Assembly: GCF_018977255.1 (NCBI RefSeq)
Contig: NW_024704743.1
Location: 55,368,001-55,432,000, forward strand
Direction of reading: 5' to 3'
From: Callorhinchus milii
Taxonomy: Eukaryota
DNA: 64,000 nt
This document shows positions 37,031 through 50,200 of the stretch, piece after piece. Numbering within the stretch: the first letter of the stretch is position 1; each line of letters starts with the position of its first letter. The notes below the pieces were generated by a model that saw only the letters and a list, made by a program, of their open reading frames with translations, made no database searches and was not told the DNA's origin. Position numbers and translations under genes: made by a program.

Positions 37031-37598
37031 CCCCCACCAATAATTCTCACCTTTTTCTTGTCTAAAGAGGCCACCATCAAACTTGTACATCACTTGTACA
37101 TCAAGGTATCACTTTTACCTATTTATGACCTATACAGAATTCCAGTACTCTGTGCATGTTAAAGGCCTAGAACATGCTAACCTCCATTCATTCAAGAGTT
37201 TGATATAGGAATCTACCACCTCGTCAAACTGCATTCCCTGCAGTTTTTAAAAACATATTTATAACATGTTGGAAATCAGACTTTTTCATGTCATCAATGT
37301 GTTCTGCCTGTGAAACAGCAGGGAGACAAGTGGCAGAAAACCACTGTATCTTAATCTATTCTCAACAAGACAGGGTGGTTTGTTAAAACAGATTGCCTGG
37401 TGGGAAGAAGCACTTATCTTTCAAGTACTAACCTTGCAGTTTTTCAATGCGCATGTATTTTCCTGCTATCACATATAGAAGTCAAATTTACTACCTTGCT
37501 GCAGACCGCGTCCTCTCCTCGCCAGGCTTCATCACCTTCGTCTTCGCTCAGCTCCACAGCTCCCAGTGGATCGAATTCTTCTCCTTACTTTTAGATAC

Positions 37599-38033
37599 TG
37601 TGTCAGCCTGGCACAGTGATAGCACTCTCCTCTCTGAGTCAGAAGGTTGTGGGTTCAAGCTCCAGATCGGGACATGGGATCACATAGTCAAAGATGGCAC
37701 TGCAGTGCAGTGCTGGGGGTGTGTTTCATTGTCCTTCAGATAAGACGTTAAACCAATATCCCATCTGCCTGTTCTGGTGGATGTAAAAGATCGCATGGCA
37801 CTATTTGAAAAGTGAATGGAATATCTTCTAGTGTCCTGGCCAACAATACCCCAAATAAAATTGGTCACTCACTCCATGGCTGCTTGCGTGACTTTGCTGT
37901 GTGCAACTGGTTGCCATGCTTCACCCACAAAATATACAGTCAAGCCGCTTCATAATATATCCTGTGAAGCACTTTGAGACACCTCAACAATGTGATAAAG
38001 CGCAATATCAAATGCAAGAATTATTATTATTAT
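37599..38033 (+). mobile_element. Full-length family A SINE inserted in an older L2 fragment (~37495-38310)
   Basis: Same head, body and tail as 19434-19877; L2-like sequence resumes after the (TTA)n tail. Confidence 0.85.
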
Positions 38034-38654
38034 CCTTCCATGGCTTTCCCCACCCTACTTCAGCTACTTCCTGTGGCTATTACTGCCCTGTCTGCTCCCT
38101 CTACTTATTAAACACCAATCTACTTCATGTTCCCACTGTACAATCCACCCGACCATTAGTGGGCAAGCATTTAGACATTCTACACATTCTCTGACTTCCC
38201 ACCTCCCTACATCAAAATCCACCTCAAGACCCATCTCTTTGACTGTGCTTTCAGCCACCTTGCCCCCTTCTCCTCAGCGCGGGCTTTCAGTCAGATGTGT
38301 GAAGGCTTTGAGACATTTTACCGAAAATATATATAAACATATATAAATATATATCTTGTTTAACACTTATTATCAAAGTATTATGTCACAAAATGCATTT
38401 TATATAGCACCCTTCACAGGATAGTATCTCGCCACCTGAAAAACCCCAGTACAAAAACAAATTGTAATTTACAATAATTGCATTTCGCTCTTTTTAAAAA
38501 TAAGTAAAAAATAAGCGGGCATTTTCATTGTATTCATACAAAAATAATCTCAAAACAATTTAAACTGCAGGAATAAACTTAATGGATTCTAAGGTGCAAG
38601 GTTCAAAGAAAACAAGACATCATTCAATTCACCCACCCATAATAAGAGTGAAGC

Positions 38655-39626
38655 TTTAATGGTTGGAAAACAGAATTTATTAGTCTCTTAAATTTTACAA
38701 ATCCCATCAATACAACAGCAATCTTATTTGCAATTTCTCCGTAAATGTGTTATTCATTTTTTTCACAACTTTTTTCACTTCAGTGTTTTGTAATGACCGA
38801 CTGCTGCCGTGACAATTCTGAATGCAGTTCAGCCATGAGAAGTGTGCACAATGGAGGTCCAGTACTGTCAGCTACATTTTCAAAACATTGAAAGCCATGA
38901 AATTCTTCAACTGTATGCAGAGGGAACCAAATATCAAGCAAAATACAGTGCAACTTTCTTCCAGTTAAAACTGCATTTTCAACGTACACAATGTGCATCA
39001 AACCCAAAAAAGGTCTTACTAAACTTTATTTTAAACAATCAGAACTGAAAGACCATGTTTCAAAGCAATGCCACCAAACTTCAAAGAGAAAAAAAAACTT
39101 CAAGCAATTACATTTGAACATTGATCACAAGTCCACCACTGTTCTAAACAGAACGGCTCATTAGTTAGATTCACAGGTGCAATGGAAACATAGAAACTTT
39201 TTCAAAATAAGCTAGATGAACTTGTAGTTATGTACAGTCAAGAGTTTATAAAGGAAAGCAATATTCCATGAAAAAATCATATTTAAGATCTCAATATCAT
39301 GAAGCAGAGCTACGTTTCTCTTCAGACTGGTACTGCTCAACACATCCACAAAGGTTGGCTGTACAATTTAAAATTTTGTCTAAACCAAAAAATGCTCAAT
39401 CTGAAAAGGTGTTTTAAAAAACCACAGACAACCAAGATATCTATGTGGAAATTCTTAAATATTAGTATGGCAATTTGTGACTTGCTGAATAAAACAAAAG
39501 TATAAATTGGGTTTGAGAATCCCAATCGCAAAATGATTTGTGCCGGAGTCCAGCTGCTGAGATCACTCGAGAAAATAGTTTCACCAGGACACTGCTGAGG
39601 TATAAATCAGGTGATACAATTTTATT
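38655..39626 (-). terminator. Candidate TSPAN13 polyadenylation signals (minus-strand AATAAA at 39621-39626, 39025-39030, 38676-38681; ATTAAA at 38655-38660)
   Basis: Hexamers in an AT-rich, mostly unique stretch downstream of the stop. Which is used cannot be determined. Confidence 0.4.
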
Positions 39627-40483
39627 CAACTACTCTCAAAAAATATTCATTAGAAGTTAGTGTCAGTTAGTGGATCTCTGTGCATTGCTTAGTTACACGT
39701 GTACAGAGGTCTCCTGAGCCTCAGCAACAATACTTATACTAAGAAATATGAATAGTTTCCTGCACAGAATCGCTCCAGAGCTAAAAACAAGGTCAAATAG
39801 CTTCCCGCAATATTTTCCAATAAATATCTCTGGAATGTCCATGCGTAGGTGGGATGCACGCAATGCTCAGTTTGGTTTGGATACCCTTAAGCATAGTGGG
39901 TTTCCGCATGTGTCAGACACCCGACTGACCAAAAATAACATGACATTAGTGTTTCCATACATTCATATTCCAATATTATTTGTGATTATCTCTCAATTAA
40001 ACACAACTAAGACAATCTCTAAAAACCTTAGTCATGTCATGGTAAAGCACAGAACTCTCAAGGGCGTAATCGGAGCATAAAACATGGTAAGGTGGAGTGG
40101 TTAATTACATCACTTTCTTCATAGGTAATATTCAATGTCATCAGTGCATATGGATTCAGGAGTTTAGCAACAGGTAGTTTTGAAAGGCAACTGTTACAGA
40201 AGCCTTCTGTATTAAATGAACACCTGCAAATAGGATCAAACTACAGGGACAGTGGTCAGCAGTGTGTTCACCATAATTCTGGAATGCTCTCGGATAATCA
40301 ACCTAGATTGGTTTTCAGTATTATTACAACAGACACTAATAACTGAAAGGGAACCCATCTCCCGGGTGAAGGGCAAATTTTGCAAAAAGGCAATACAGGA
40401 AGCAGCAACAAAAATGGTGGCCTTTTTTAAAAAAAATACAGTGGTGCAGTATTTCAGTAGCATGACATTTCTGACGTTTTCCC

Positions 40484-40558
40484 TTAGAGAAAAGCACTTG
40501 GATTAGCTCGGGGATCCTTCTGGTTTCTGTATCGGTGCGTTAACCATACACCCAAGAT
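40484..40558 (-). CDS. TSPAN13: TSPAN13 exon 6 coding part (75 nt incl. TAA)
   Basis: ttccag| acceptor, [24 protein letters not shown]. Confidence 0.95.
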   Translation of the reverse strand: MLGVWLTHRYRNQKDPRANPSAFL

Positions 40559-43500
40559 CTGGAAGATATTAAAATGTTTATAAGGCTTAACTGGAAGAAT
40601 CTTGCTGGAACAAACAAACCATAAATATTATCTAAAATTTAAAGATCTTGTTCAAGAGAATTTCCATTTATATATGACATACTATGTGCATTATTCACTT
40701 GGTCACTTTCATATCAATTTGGAGAAAAATCTATTTAATTGGTATATAAATAATAATAATCCTTGCATTTGATATAGCGCTTTTAAAGTCTTCTAGATGT
40801 CTCAAAGCGCTTCACAGAATATACTGTAAAATGAATTGACTGTATACCTTTGTGGGAGAAACTGTATATCTTTGTGGGTAATATGTTACCTTTATTTTGC
40901 AAAGTTGCCGGGAATCAAACCCACGTCTCTCACTTGCGAGGCAAGTACTCTAACCACTGAGCTACAGGACTCCTGCAGCTCCTGCTTCCCATCAGTGGAG
41001 CTACAAGACTCCTGAATGCTACCACAAGTCATGCAAATTATAAATACCTTCACAAAAGAGTAACATCATTTTGAATATAACAAATGCACAAGCACCAACA
41101 CAATACATCATTCAAATTCTTTAGGTGGTTGAAGTAATGATCAGATAACCCAAACATATCATAGAAAATCAATATAGGAAGTTATTTAGTTCATCAAATT
41201 TTGTTTGTGCCAGTTTTGCCCTACTTTAATCCCAATTCCCATATCTTTCCATATTGTTCCTTTTAAAACCTCTATCCAATTAGCTTTTAAATGTCATTAT
41301 GAACGCATGTTACATAACCTACTTAATTACTTAGTGAACGGAGGTCAAACATGGCTAACAAAATAAATCAAGGGAATCCGCTCCGTGGTCACTTCCCCTC
41401 CAACATCCACCCACACCCCACCCCCTCCGTCCCACACTCCGACTCCTACCCATCCTCCCCTACACACTTTCGTACCCGTTTCCCCACCTTCTGTCACCAA
41501 ACTCATCCTATCTCTGAAACCCACCACCTGCTCCCTTGACCCCATCCCCACTCCACTCCTTATCTCTCAGCTCCACCTCCGTGCCCCACATATCACAGAC
41601 ATCGTCAATCTGTCGCTCTCCTCTGGCTCTGTTCCCATTCCCTTAAAAACTGCCACCATCACTCCCACCTTGAAAAAACCCTTCCTTGATGCGTCGCAGC
41701 TATCAAGCTACCGGCCCATCTTCAACGTCCCCTTCCTGTCCAAGGTCCTTGAAAGAGTTGTCACCTCCCAGCTGCGCTCTTTCCTCTCCACCCATGCATT
41801 ATTCGAACCCCTTCAGTCGGGTTTCCGTGCTGCCCCTGGTCAAGGTCACCAATGACATCCTGACCATCTGCGACCAGGGCTCCCTCTGCCTCCTCGACCT
41901 ATCGGAGCATTCGATACGGTCGACCACGCTATCCTCCTCCATCGCTTGTCCTCCCACCTCAACCTTCAAGGCCCTGTCCTTGAGTGGTTTAGGTCGTATC
42001 TCTCCCACCGTCTCCACTTTGTTTCCACAAACGGCTTCTCCTCCAGCCCCCACACTGTCTCGTGCGGTGTCCCTCAGGGCTCTGTCCTCGGTCCCCTCCT
42101 CTTCACCCTCTATATGCTCCCCCTTGGTGACATCATCCGCAGACATGGGGTTAACTTCCACATGTATGCGGATGACACCCAACTCTACCTTTCCTCCTCT
42201 ACCCTCAACTCCACGACCACCGATGTCCTGACAGCTGCCTGTCCGACATCGAGTCCTGGACGAGAGACAACTTTCTTCAGCTCAACGTGCGAAAAACTGA
42301 GGCCCTCCTGATTGGCTCACGTCAGCGCCTCCGCACCTCAGGCGCTGACAGCATCAGCATCCGAGGCTGCACTCTACACCTCTCAAAGCCAGTCAGGAAC
42401 CTCGGCGTTCTCTTCGACCCTGAGCTGTCCTTTCTTCCTCATATCCGCGCCACAACTGGCACCGCCTTCCATCACCTCCGGAATATCGCCAGACTACGGC
42501 ACTACCTCACCCCTCACGCGGCTGAAACTCTGGTCCACGCCTTTATCACCTCAAGGCTGGACTATGGGAACTCTCTCCTCGCCGGCCTTCCCGGCACCTC
42601 CCTCCACAAGCTGCAGGTCATTCAGAACTCTGCAGCTCGTGTACTGTCCCGCACCAGGCTTCGCGACCACATCACTCCCACCCTCGCTCGCCTCCACTGG
42701 CTCCCCATCCCCCAGAGGATCGAATTCAAGATCCTCATCCTCACCTACAAGGCCATTCATGGCCTCGCTCCCTCCTACCTCTCCGACCTACTATCCCCCT
42801 ACTTACCTGCCCGTACCCTCCGTTCCTCTGGCTCCGATCTGCTCCACATCTCCCGCCCCAACCTCCCTACCATTGGTGGCCGGGCCTTCAGCCTCTCAGC
42901 CCCCAGGCTCTGGAACTCTATCCCCCAGTGCCTTCGCCGCCTCCTCCCTTTCCTCCTTCAAGGTTGGTCTCAAGACCTTTCTTTTTGACCGTGCCTTCAG
43001 CTCCCCTCTCGACTCTCTACCCCCTCCTCGCTCCCTCCCCTCACCCTGACCATTTCCCCCCTGCTCGGGTCATGACCCAACTGTACAGCGCCTTGGGATG
43101 TCCTCCCGACGTGAAAGGCGCTCTATAAATGGAATCTTGTTGTTGTCGTTGTACATTCAGGCAAGAACCTCATTGTGAGTGCTTTGTAAAGTGCAAGATG
43201 TTGGCATGTATTCCTTTCATAACTTGGACTAGATCTATGTTAGAATCATCCATCTCCCTCAACAGTAATCAAATTGGATAAAAAATGTTCCCAATATCCA
43301 GTTTTCAAAGTTATCCACCAATTTTCAAAATAGTTTATTTTTAAAGTAAAAGTAGTCCTTGGATGCAGTAAATTTAACATTGACCTAGTTTTCTCTACCA
43401 ACATTTTATTATGCAGTCAAGATCCCATGGGACTATTTGAAAAGGGAAGAGTTTTTTTTGCTATCCTGGCAGTCTCCCAAATAAAACTGATCATTCAATC

Positions 43501-46500
43501 CCTTTCTGTTTGTGGGGCATTGTGTGTACAAATCGACTGTAGTGTTTGACTACACAATATACAGTTACTGCATTTCACAGTGAATTGTGAAGCACTTTGA
43601 GACATACTGAGATGTCGAGAAGACGTGAAAGAGCGCTATATCAAATGCAAGGATTATTATTATATTACCAGGATAACAAGGCACTATATCAAATGCAAGG
43701 ATTATTACAACAAAGTTCACAAACTTGCAAACTGTGCAGACCTCATCGCAACAAGCATCATTAATGCAACAGAAAGGTTAGCCTAGCGTATCATTATTTT
43801 TCTAAAATTAGGATTTTAGTTGTCTAAAATATATGTTATCACCATTCCTGGCAATACAGCTGCTTATTTTTTTTGATAAGTTTACTGACCTCAGTGAAGC
43901 TAAAGAAAAGTCCAATACCACCAACATATCTCAGGACTTCCCCGGCGTGCATTTTTAGGATCGGCCCACACGTTGGACAGTTATCGCTTTCGATGCAGCG
44001 CTAAACAAAGAAAAAAACAGGATGATTATTTGTTCCACATTATAATCTCCCCTTCCAGCATGAGACACTATTTGAAGAACGACCAGCAGAATTGAAAGTT
44101 GGTAGTACTCTTGTCTCTGGGTCAAAAGGTTGTGGGTTCAAGTCCCGTGTCAGGAACTTAGGAGCATATGGTCCATTGCAGCATTGAGGGAGTGCTGCAT
44201 TGTCAGAGGTGCGGTCCTTCAGATAAGACCATAGGTCCAGAATGTCTATTTTTTATTCAAGTGACTCCACCACAATAGAGGGATAATATATTTGTTCTAT
44301 AAAATGGTCTGCAATAATATATACATTTATTTTTAAAGTTAAAGTAGTCCTTGGATGCAGTAAATTTAACATTGACCTAGTTTTCTCTACCAACATTTTA
44401 TTATGCAATCAAGATCCCATGGGACTATTTGAAAAGGGAAGGGAAAAGGGACCAAATACACCAAATGTTCATCCTACACACGAACCCATCAAGATAACTG
44501 GGGCTAGATTAATCTGTCAGATCCCATGATACTAATAAGATAAAATAGTTGTTTTCTTGGCATCTTAAATTTCAGCCTTTTCCTCCTTCTCCAAAAGATA
44601 GGAAACAGCAAGTGACATTGCATCATAGTCCCTCTGTCATTCATCTGTATCCTCTAATACCTGACCATTACAGATCAATTCTACTTACTGCTTTGCAGGT
44701 TCCATTATTCTCCATATTCGTGTTAAATCCGCAGCAGTTGAAGTATTCTTCCACGTCCATTCTGGTTTCAAACGATTTATTCCATCCCACCTCCAGCAGA
44801 TTATTCTGGTCAAAAAACAGTATTGCTTTGCATTTCTCATCAGCATTCTGCAAGCACTGCAGTTGTACACTTTCTCACATTTAATTATTGTAAATAAAAA
44901 AATAAGAAGTTGTGTACACTGTATTTACTAATTTTTTTTTGCTCAGCCAGTTATCTGACACATGCGGAAAACCACCACCGTGTTTAAAAGCATCCAAACT
45001 AAGAATTCCATGCATCCCACCTACACATGGAATTCCCAGAGATAGATTGTCAGAATAAAAGCAACTCTCTCCCTGGAAGGACACATCCTGCTTACCTAAT
45101 TCTGGAAAGCAAGGTGCACTTTGGTAGAAACCAAAGCTTGGGGGCCCCAGAGAATGCGTTGGGATACTGCTGGAATTTAGTCAGCTAAAACCGCATACCT
45201 TGCCATTGATAGCACTGTCTGTCAAGTTTTCTCACTACTTGTCCAGCTAGGTCCATCCTACCCGTTAGGGCTTTGGCTTGCAAGGATAATAGGAGCTGTG
45301 TGGGAGGATTCCATGCCCCCAGTAACTGGTCTGCTCTTCCAAGTCCTGTCATACTGTAAACTACATAGAGTGAAACTTGCCCTGGATACCTCACATAACT
45401 CATCACGCACTCAATATCTTAGTTATTTCCCATAAGGTGACTAGTTATCCTCTGATAACTTGTCACTCTGGATATGTTGTAACTCAGCAAGCTTTTGCAC
45501 TTTTGTCTCTATAAAATACCTCTGATAACACATTTTATTGGGGCTTCAAAATTTTGAAAGGCATGAAAATGGCATTTGCCTCAGGCATGTTGTGTATTGC
45601 ACTTCCCATCTTCCGCAGTTGCACCAAAGTATCAAGTGCCCAGGACTACACTTCATGTTTGGATGGAAAAACAAAGATAAGATTCACCACGCTGTTAATC
45701 TTGCAACATCCGCCTCCTCCCCCAAGATAGGGGCAGTTAACATGTACTATATCATTAGTTAATAGTTAACAAGACTGAAGAGTACTACCTGTGTAACTCA
45801 ATGGTTTGCAGGAAGACCAGGATTTGTGTCATTTAAATAATAGCCACCCAGTGACCAACCCAGATACATACGCATATATGAGCTGAGCAGCTGCATCAAA
45901 ACATTTATCAATCAGAAAAAAGTGAAGAACATTTTAAGTGCAGAATGATGAACATTCTCTTTTTTTACCTGTTGATGTTGGTTGAGGGCCAGGCTAGCAC
46001 AAGAGATAGAGAATTGCACCACAAACAACAAAAACAAAATGATCATATACTAAAGGGAAATAGTCAAGGAAGAAAAGGGTAAAACTTACTATATGTGATA
46101 CACAGCAATATTAGAGTATAAATCATTGACTAGATTAATTACTTGTAATTTTCCTTAGTTTATTGTAAGATGTTGCTACAGACCAAATGTTTAAATAAAT
46201 AATTAACCACTAATAAAATATTAAACACAATATTCACCACCTCTTTAACAGTCAGAACTAATGCACACAATGACAAAGATACCAGTCTCTCTTCTCAAAA
46301 TACACAACAATGTATCAATTCAGTCACGAGGACAAGCCTTTTGAACATTCACAATCATTTTCAATTTAAATTATGATTTCCAATTTCTGAAACATGGTGG
46401 TTAACAAAAACAATTCCTTAAATTACATCCAGCAGATATATTAGCTTCTAATTATTTTTGAAGACAATGTTCTCACACTAGGGGAGTTCTACCTATCTTA

Positions 46501-47228
46501 CTTGTACAAGGCTTAATTAAAGTTTGAAGCACGTAATAGATGTTCCATCACGTGAAAGCCATGCAAAGTCAAAATGTGAGGACATTATGATGCATCATAT
46601 AAGTTCACTGGAGTCTGCCCTGAAATTGCCATTAACCTGTATTCTCTTGTTCTGTTGTCTCAATACATCTGAAAGTTCTGGGTTTACTTTCTCAATCCCA
46701 TTCAAAAATATGTATACCTCTAATAAGATACCATCTAAGACTTCTCCCCTCAAGACTGAAGATCTGTAGCTTGACCAATTGTGATGACCTTACCACATAT
46801 GATCAGGTAGTCGCTGTTATGCATTTGGCAATCCTGTTGTTTGATTAGCTTATTGCCATAACGTAACTGGTATTTATTCTCAGTTTAGCTACAGTGCTTT
46901 AATATGTATAGGACTAGTGGGCACAAAGTGGCAAGATTCCCTGTAGATTTATCTGCTAGCAGTCTAGGGGGTACATGTTTGAACCATCTGTATTTCTCAA
47001 ATCAGTAAATCAGATAAAATTTATGAACAGTTAATGACTCAATGCCCGTTTAAAGGATACAAAAAAGAGCAGCACCTGGTGGTGCTTAATAGCTCCAAGC
47101 AATCCAATCAATGCAATGAGGAACAGGAAGATTCCCACTCCGATCACTCCTGCCACCACAGAAAAGCTTGTAACAAGTCCAAAGGTTTTACCCCATGCTG
47201 CAATCCCGATCAGCAGCAGGCTGACCAT
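40484..47228 (-). CDS. TSPAN13: Tetraspanin-13, coding exons 2-6 (5'-partial). Join complement 47228-47061, 46049-45969, 44805-44689, 44000-43890, 40558-40484
   Basis: Translation: [56 protein letters not shown] / [27 protein letters not shown] / [39 protein letters not shown] / [37 protein letters not shown] / [24 protein letters not shown]. Has the CCG motif and the TSPAN13/31 C-terminus. LLEVGWN and adjacency to an AGR gene favour TSPAN13 over TSPAN31. Confidence 0.95.
41345..43151 (+). mobile_element. 5'-truncated L2-clade LINE (frameshifted ORF2 RT domain, 3'UTR, (TTG)n tail) in TSPAN13 intron 5
   Basis: Overlapping ORFs give [49 protein letters not shown] and [14 protein letters not shown]. 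Tail: gtgaaaggcgctctataaat..ttgttgttg. Confidence 0.93.
43334..44441 (+). repeat. 116-bp direct repeat pair (43334-43449 and 44326-44441) flanking TSPAN13 exon 5
   Basis: 114/116 identical by direct comparison; offset 992 bp. Confidence 0.92.
43890..44000 (-). CDS. TSPAN13: TSPAN13 exon 5 (111 nt)
   Basis: tttag| acceptor, [11 protein letters not shown]...[11 protein letters not shown], donor GAG|gtcagt. Confidence 0.95.
44689..44805 (-). CDS. TSPAN13: TSPAN13 exon 4 (117 nt, CCG motif)
   Basis: accag| acceptor, NNLLEVGWN...NCCGF...CKA, donor |gtaagt. Confidence 0.95.
45969..46049 (-). CDS. TSPAN13: TSPAN13 exon 3 (81 nt)
   Basis: YMIIL...LALNQHQQ; preceded by TTCCTTGAC...TTTAG; donor CAG|gtaaaa. 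Confidence 0.95.
46050..47060 (-). other. U12-type (minor spliceosome) GT-AG intron of TSPAN13
   Basis: 5' splice site GTATCCTTT; branch site TTCCTTGAC (plus-strand 46063-46071) with the branch A ~15 nt upstream of exon 3. Confidence 0.9.
47061..47228 (-). CDS. TSPAN13: TSPAN13 exon 2 (168 nt)
   Basis: ttgcag| acceptor; ends in the U12-type donor |GTATCCTTT. Confidence 0.95.
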
Positions 47229-50200
47229 CTGCAAAACAAAAAGATGGAATAGTTTAGAATTTCTTGGGCAATCAGAATGCACAGTTCAAAAGCAATTGGG
47301 CCATTCATTCAATCTGCTCTGCATTATTGTGAGTTTGGTGCAAAATATAGACAGAGTTTGGTACTTAAGTTGTGTTTTTTAAAAAAAAAAGCAATTACAG
47401 TCACAAAACGCTACATCTCTTTCTCCCTTGTCCCTCACCATTGTGCACAATCATTGAACGGTGGGATGAGATGTTAAACCACGGCCCCATCTGCCTGCTG
47501 AGGTGGATGCTAAAAATTCCATGGCACTATTTGAAAAGAGAAGCGAGTTTCTCCCAGTCTCCCGGCCAACAATCTCCCAAATCAAAATGTCATTCACCTC
47601 ATGGCTATTTGTTGGGCACTGCGTTGTGCAAATTAGTTGCCATGTTTGCTCACGGTACAGCTACTTCACTTTGCAGTATATCCTGTGAAGAGCTTTCAGA
47701 CATCCTCTCGCATGTAAGATTATAAACCTTGCTGTCCACAAAATGGTTACCACATTTGTCTAGAAAACCGGTCATTACATCTTCAATTGACAAACTACTG
47801 AAGCTATACAAGTTCCCCAAAACAGAAAGCATCTGCAGGTTACATGCTTTGCAGATTCAAAAAAAGTTATTAAAACTTTCTCAGCCCCGACACACTTGAA
47901 CATTCACATCATGTACAAAAATGAATTAGTATTTAAAATTAGAAAGTTTAGGTATAAAAGTCGGCCACCATACATCATTGCTGCCAACAGTATTTCAAAA
48001 CAGAAATATATCTCAAATGTTACAAAGATGCAGGTTCATAATCCACTGTTGCCAATGGCTTCTTGCAAATATTTACCTCATGACCAGCAGATGAAACTCC
48101 TCCAATATAATCGTGGCACAGTACTAAATCTCTCTTCTCTTCCCCCACCTGAAATTTTACTCTAATTTAAGGAAGGGTGATCTTGTGAAGCAGCTTCAAG
48201 CCAAAGTGCCAAAGAAGTTAGATCAGAATAAATAGTCTTTTAAAATTGATTCAGATAAAATAATAGGCCTATGGACTGGAGACAAAACTATTTAAACGAG
48301 ATATTAAAACAAATAAAATTTAAAAAGTAAGATGCTGTGAATACAGAACTAATAATTCTACAATAAAACTTACACCTTCCCTGCCACTCACCACAGTCAT
48401 CTCCCCTTACTCCCATTTACAGTCCAATCCTCGCCACTGTAATGCGCTCCAAGACACTCTTTGTGAAGGGCACTACAGTATATATAATAATAATCCTTGC
48501 ATTTGATATAGCGTTTTTCACATCTTCCAGACCCTCAAAGCGCTTCACAGAATATACTGTAAAGTGAATTGACTGTATATTTGTGGGCGAAACGCAGAAG
48601 CCAATTGCGTACAGCAGTGTCCCACAAACAGCCGTGGATTGAGTGACCAAATTATTAATATTGTTTAGGGTTATTATCCCCGGAAAAGCGATCCGCCAAT
48701 CAACTAACAACTGGGTTCTTACTTACTGCTAGGTAAACAAAGACGTGTGGAGTAAGGAAACTTGCCCAACATTTCGCCCCGCCATTATATGAATGAAGTT
48801 GTTGAAATGTTTTCATAGAATTTTAAGGCACAGAAGGAGGCCATTCAGCCCATCGTGCCTGTCCCGGATCTTTGAAAGAGCTACCCACTCGCCCGCTCTT
48901 ACCCCATAGGCCTGCAAATTCTTCCTTTTTAAGTGCCAATCTAATTTCCTTTTGGAAGCTATTATTGAATCTGCTTCCACTACTCTTTCAGGCAGTGCAT
49001 TCCAGACCGTTTTGTATGCAAACAACTATTTAACTAAGAAACAATTTAAATGCCTAAATATACAAAGCTTGGTTTCAGTTAGAAGTTTGATTTTGCCATG
49101 TTTATGGTTCAGTCACGATTGAAATGTTAAGTATTAATTGTTGGGGCTGTTCATCAGAGAAAGAGGGGAAACTCAATAAATATATTACGCGCAGCAACAT
49201 TCTACAAAACAGCCACAAAATCCAATTTTATTAGAGGGATTATTGGCCAAGGACACTGCGGGAAACAGTGTCCTCTTTTTGAACAGTACCATGAGATCTT
49301 TAATGTCCATTTTAACAGGCAGTCAGAACCTTGGTTTAACGTCTCATCCAAAAGATACCCCTAAAACTGCACCAAGGCTATACAAAGTCGTGATGTGGAC
49401 TTGAACCCAGAGGCTCTGACTTGGAGGTAAGAGTGCTACCAACTGAGCCAGGCTGATAACATTTTTTTGCATTTATATAGTGCCTTTCATATCAAGAGGA
49501 TGTCCCAAGGTGTCAGCCTGGACTAGATTCAAATTCAAATAAAAAACATTCATGGACAGTGACCAAACCCTTGGCAAATCCATTTCCTACATTTAGTTAA
49601 CATTCAGACTTCCTATATCATGTTGAATAATAAATACAAATGAGCAGAAAATACAAATGGTTCAGCTGAGATGCAGATTGTTAAATATACTTGTCGTACA
49701 ATATAATGTCTGCTATTACTGGACTAATATTGCAAAGAAAAATCCTCCAAATCACCATACAGAATCTTTTGTATTTTGGATAATGTGTAAAGATGGAAAT
49801 GCTTAAAATCTGATCAAAAGCTCTGAAAATGTTCCTAACAAAAATTTCCATTGTGCATTGATTCTGCAATCATAGAAATAATCACTGTCACTCCTCGAAA
49901 CATTAATATCAGTGTTCAAGGCAGTGCTGCTTTGACCTGATGAAGAAAAGCATTGTTATCTTGTTTACCACAAGAGATGGAGTACAAAAAGGTACCGAAT
50001 AACGTCATGTAATACTTCATCTCTAGACTGAGGCTTCAGATGACCAGGATGTTGCGTACAGCATTATTATGTAAACAGCTAACAATTCTTTTTTTAGTCA
50101 GCTGAGCGTCTGATACATGAGAAAACCCATCACCCGCTTAAGAGTATCCAAACCAGATAGTTCTACACATGTCCACCTACACATGTCTGGATTGGAAGGC

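Noticed and set aside
40905..40972. tRNA-Ala-like sequence (also ~53335-53400, 50760-50810) and family A heads
   Set aside because: No intact acceptor stem, and all are attached to SINE bodies; these are SINE heads, not tRNA genes.
36530..43049. Long Pro/Ser-rich ORFs (36530-37162, 42312-43049, 41686-42231)
   Set aside because: Alternative frames of C-rich L2 sequence, not host genes.
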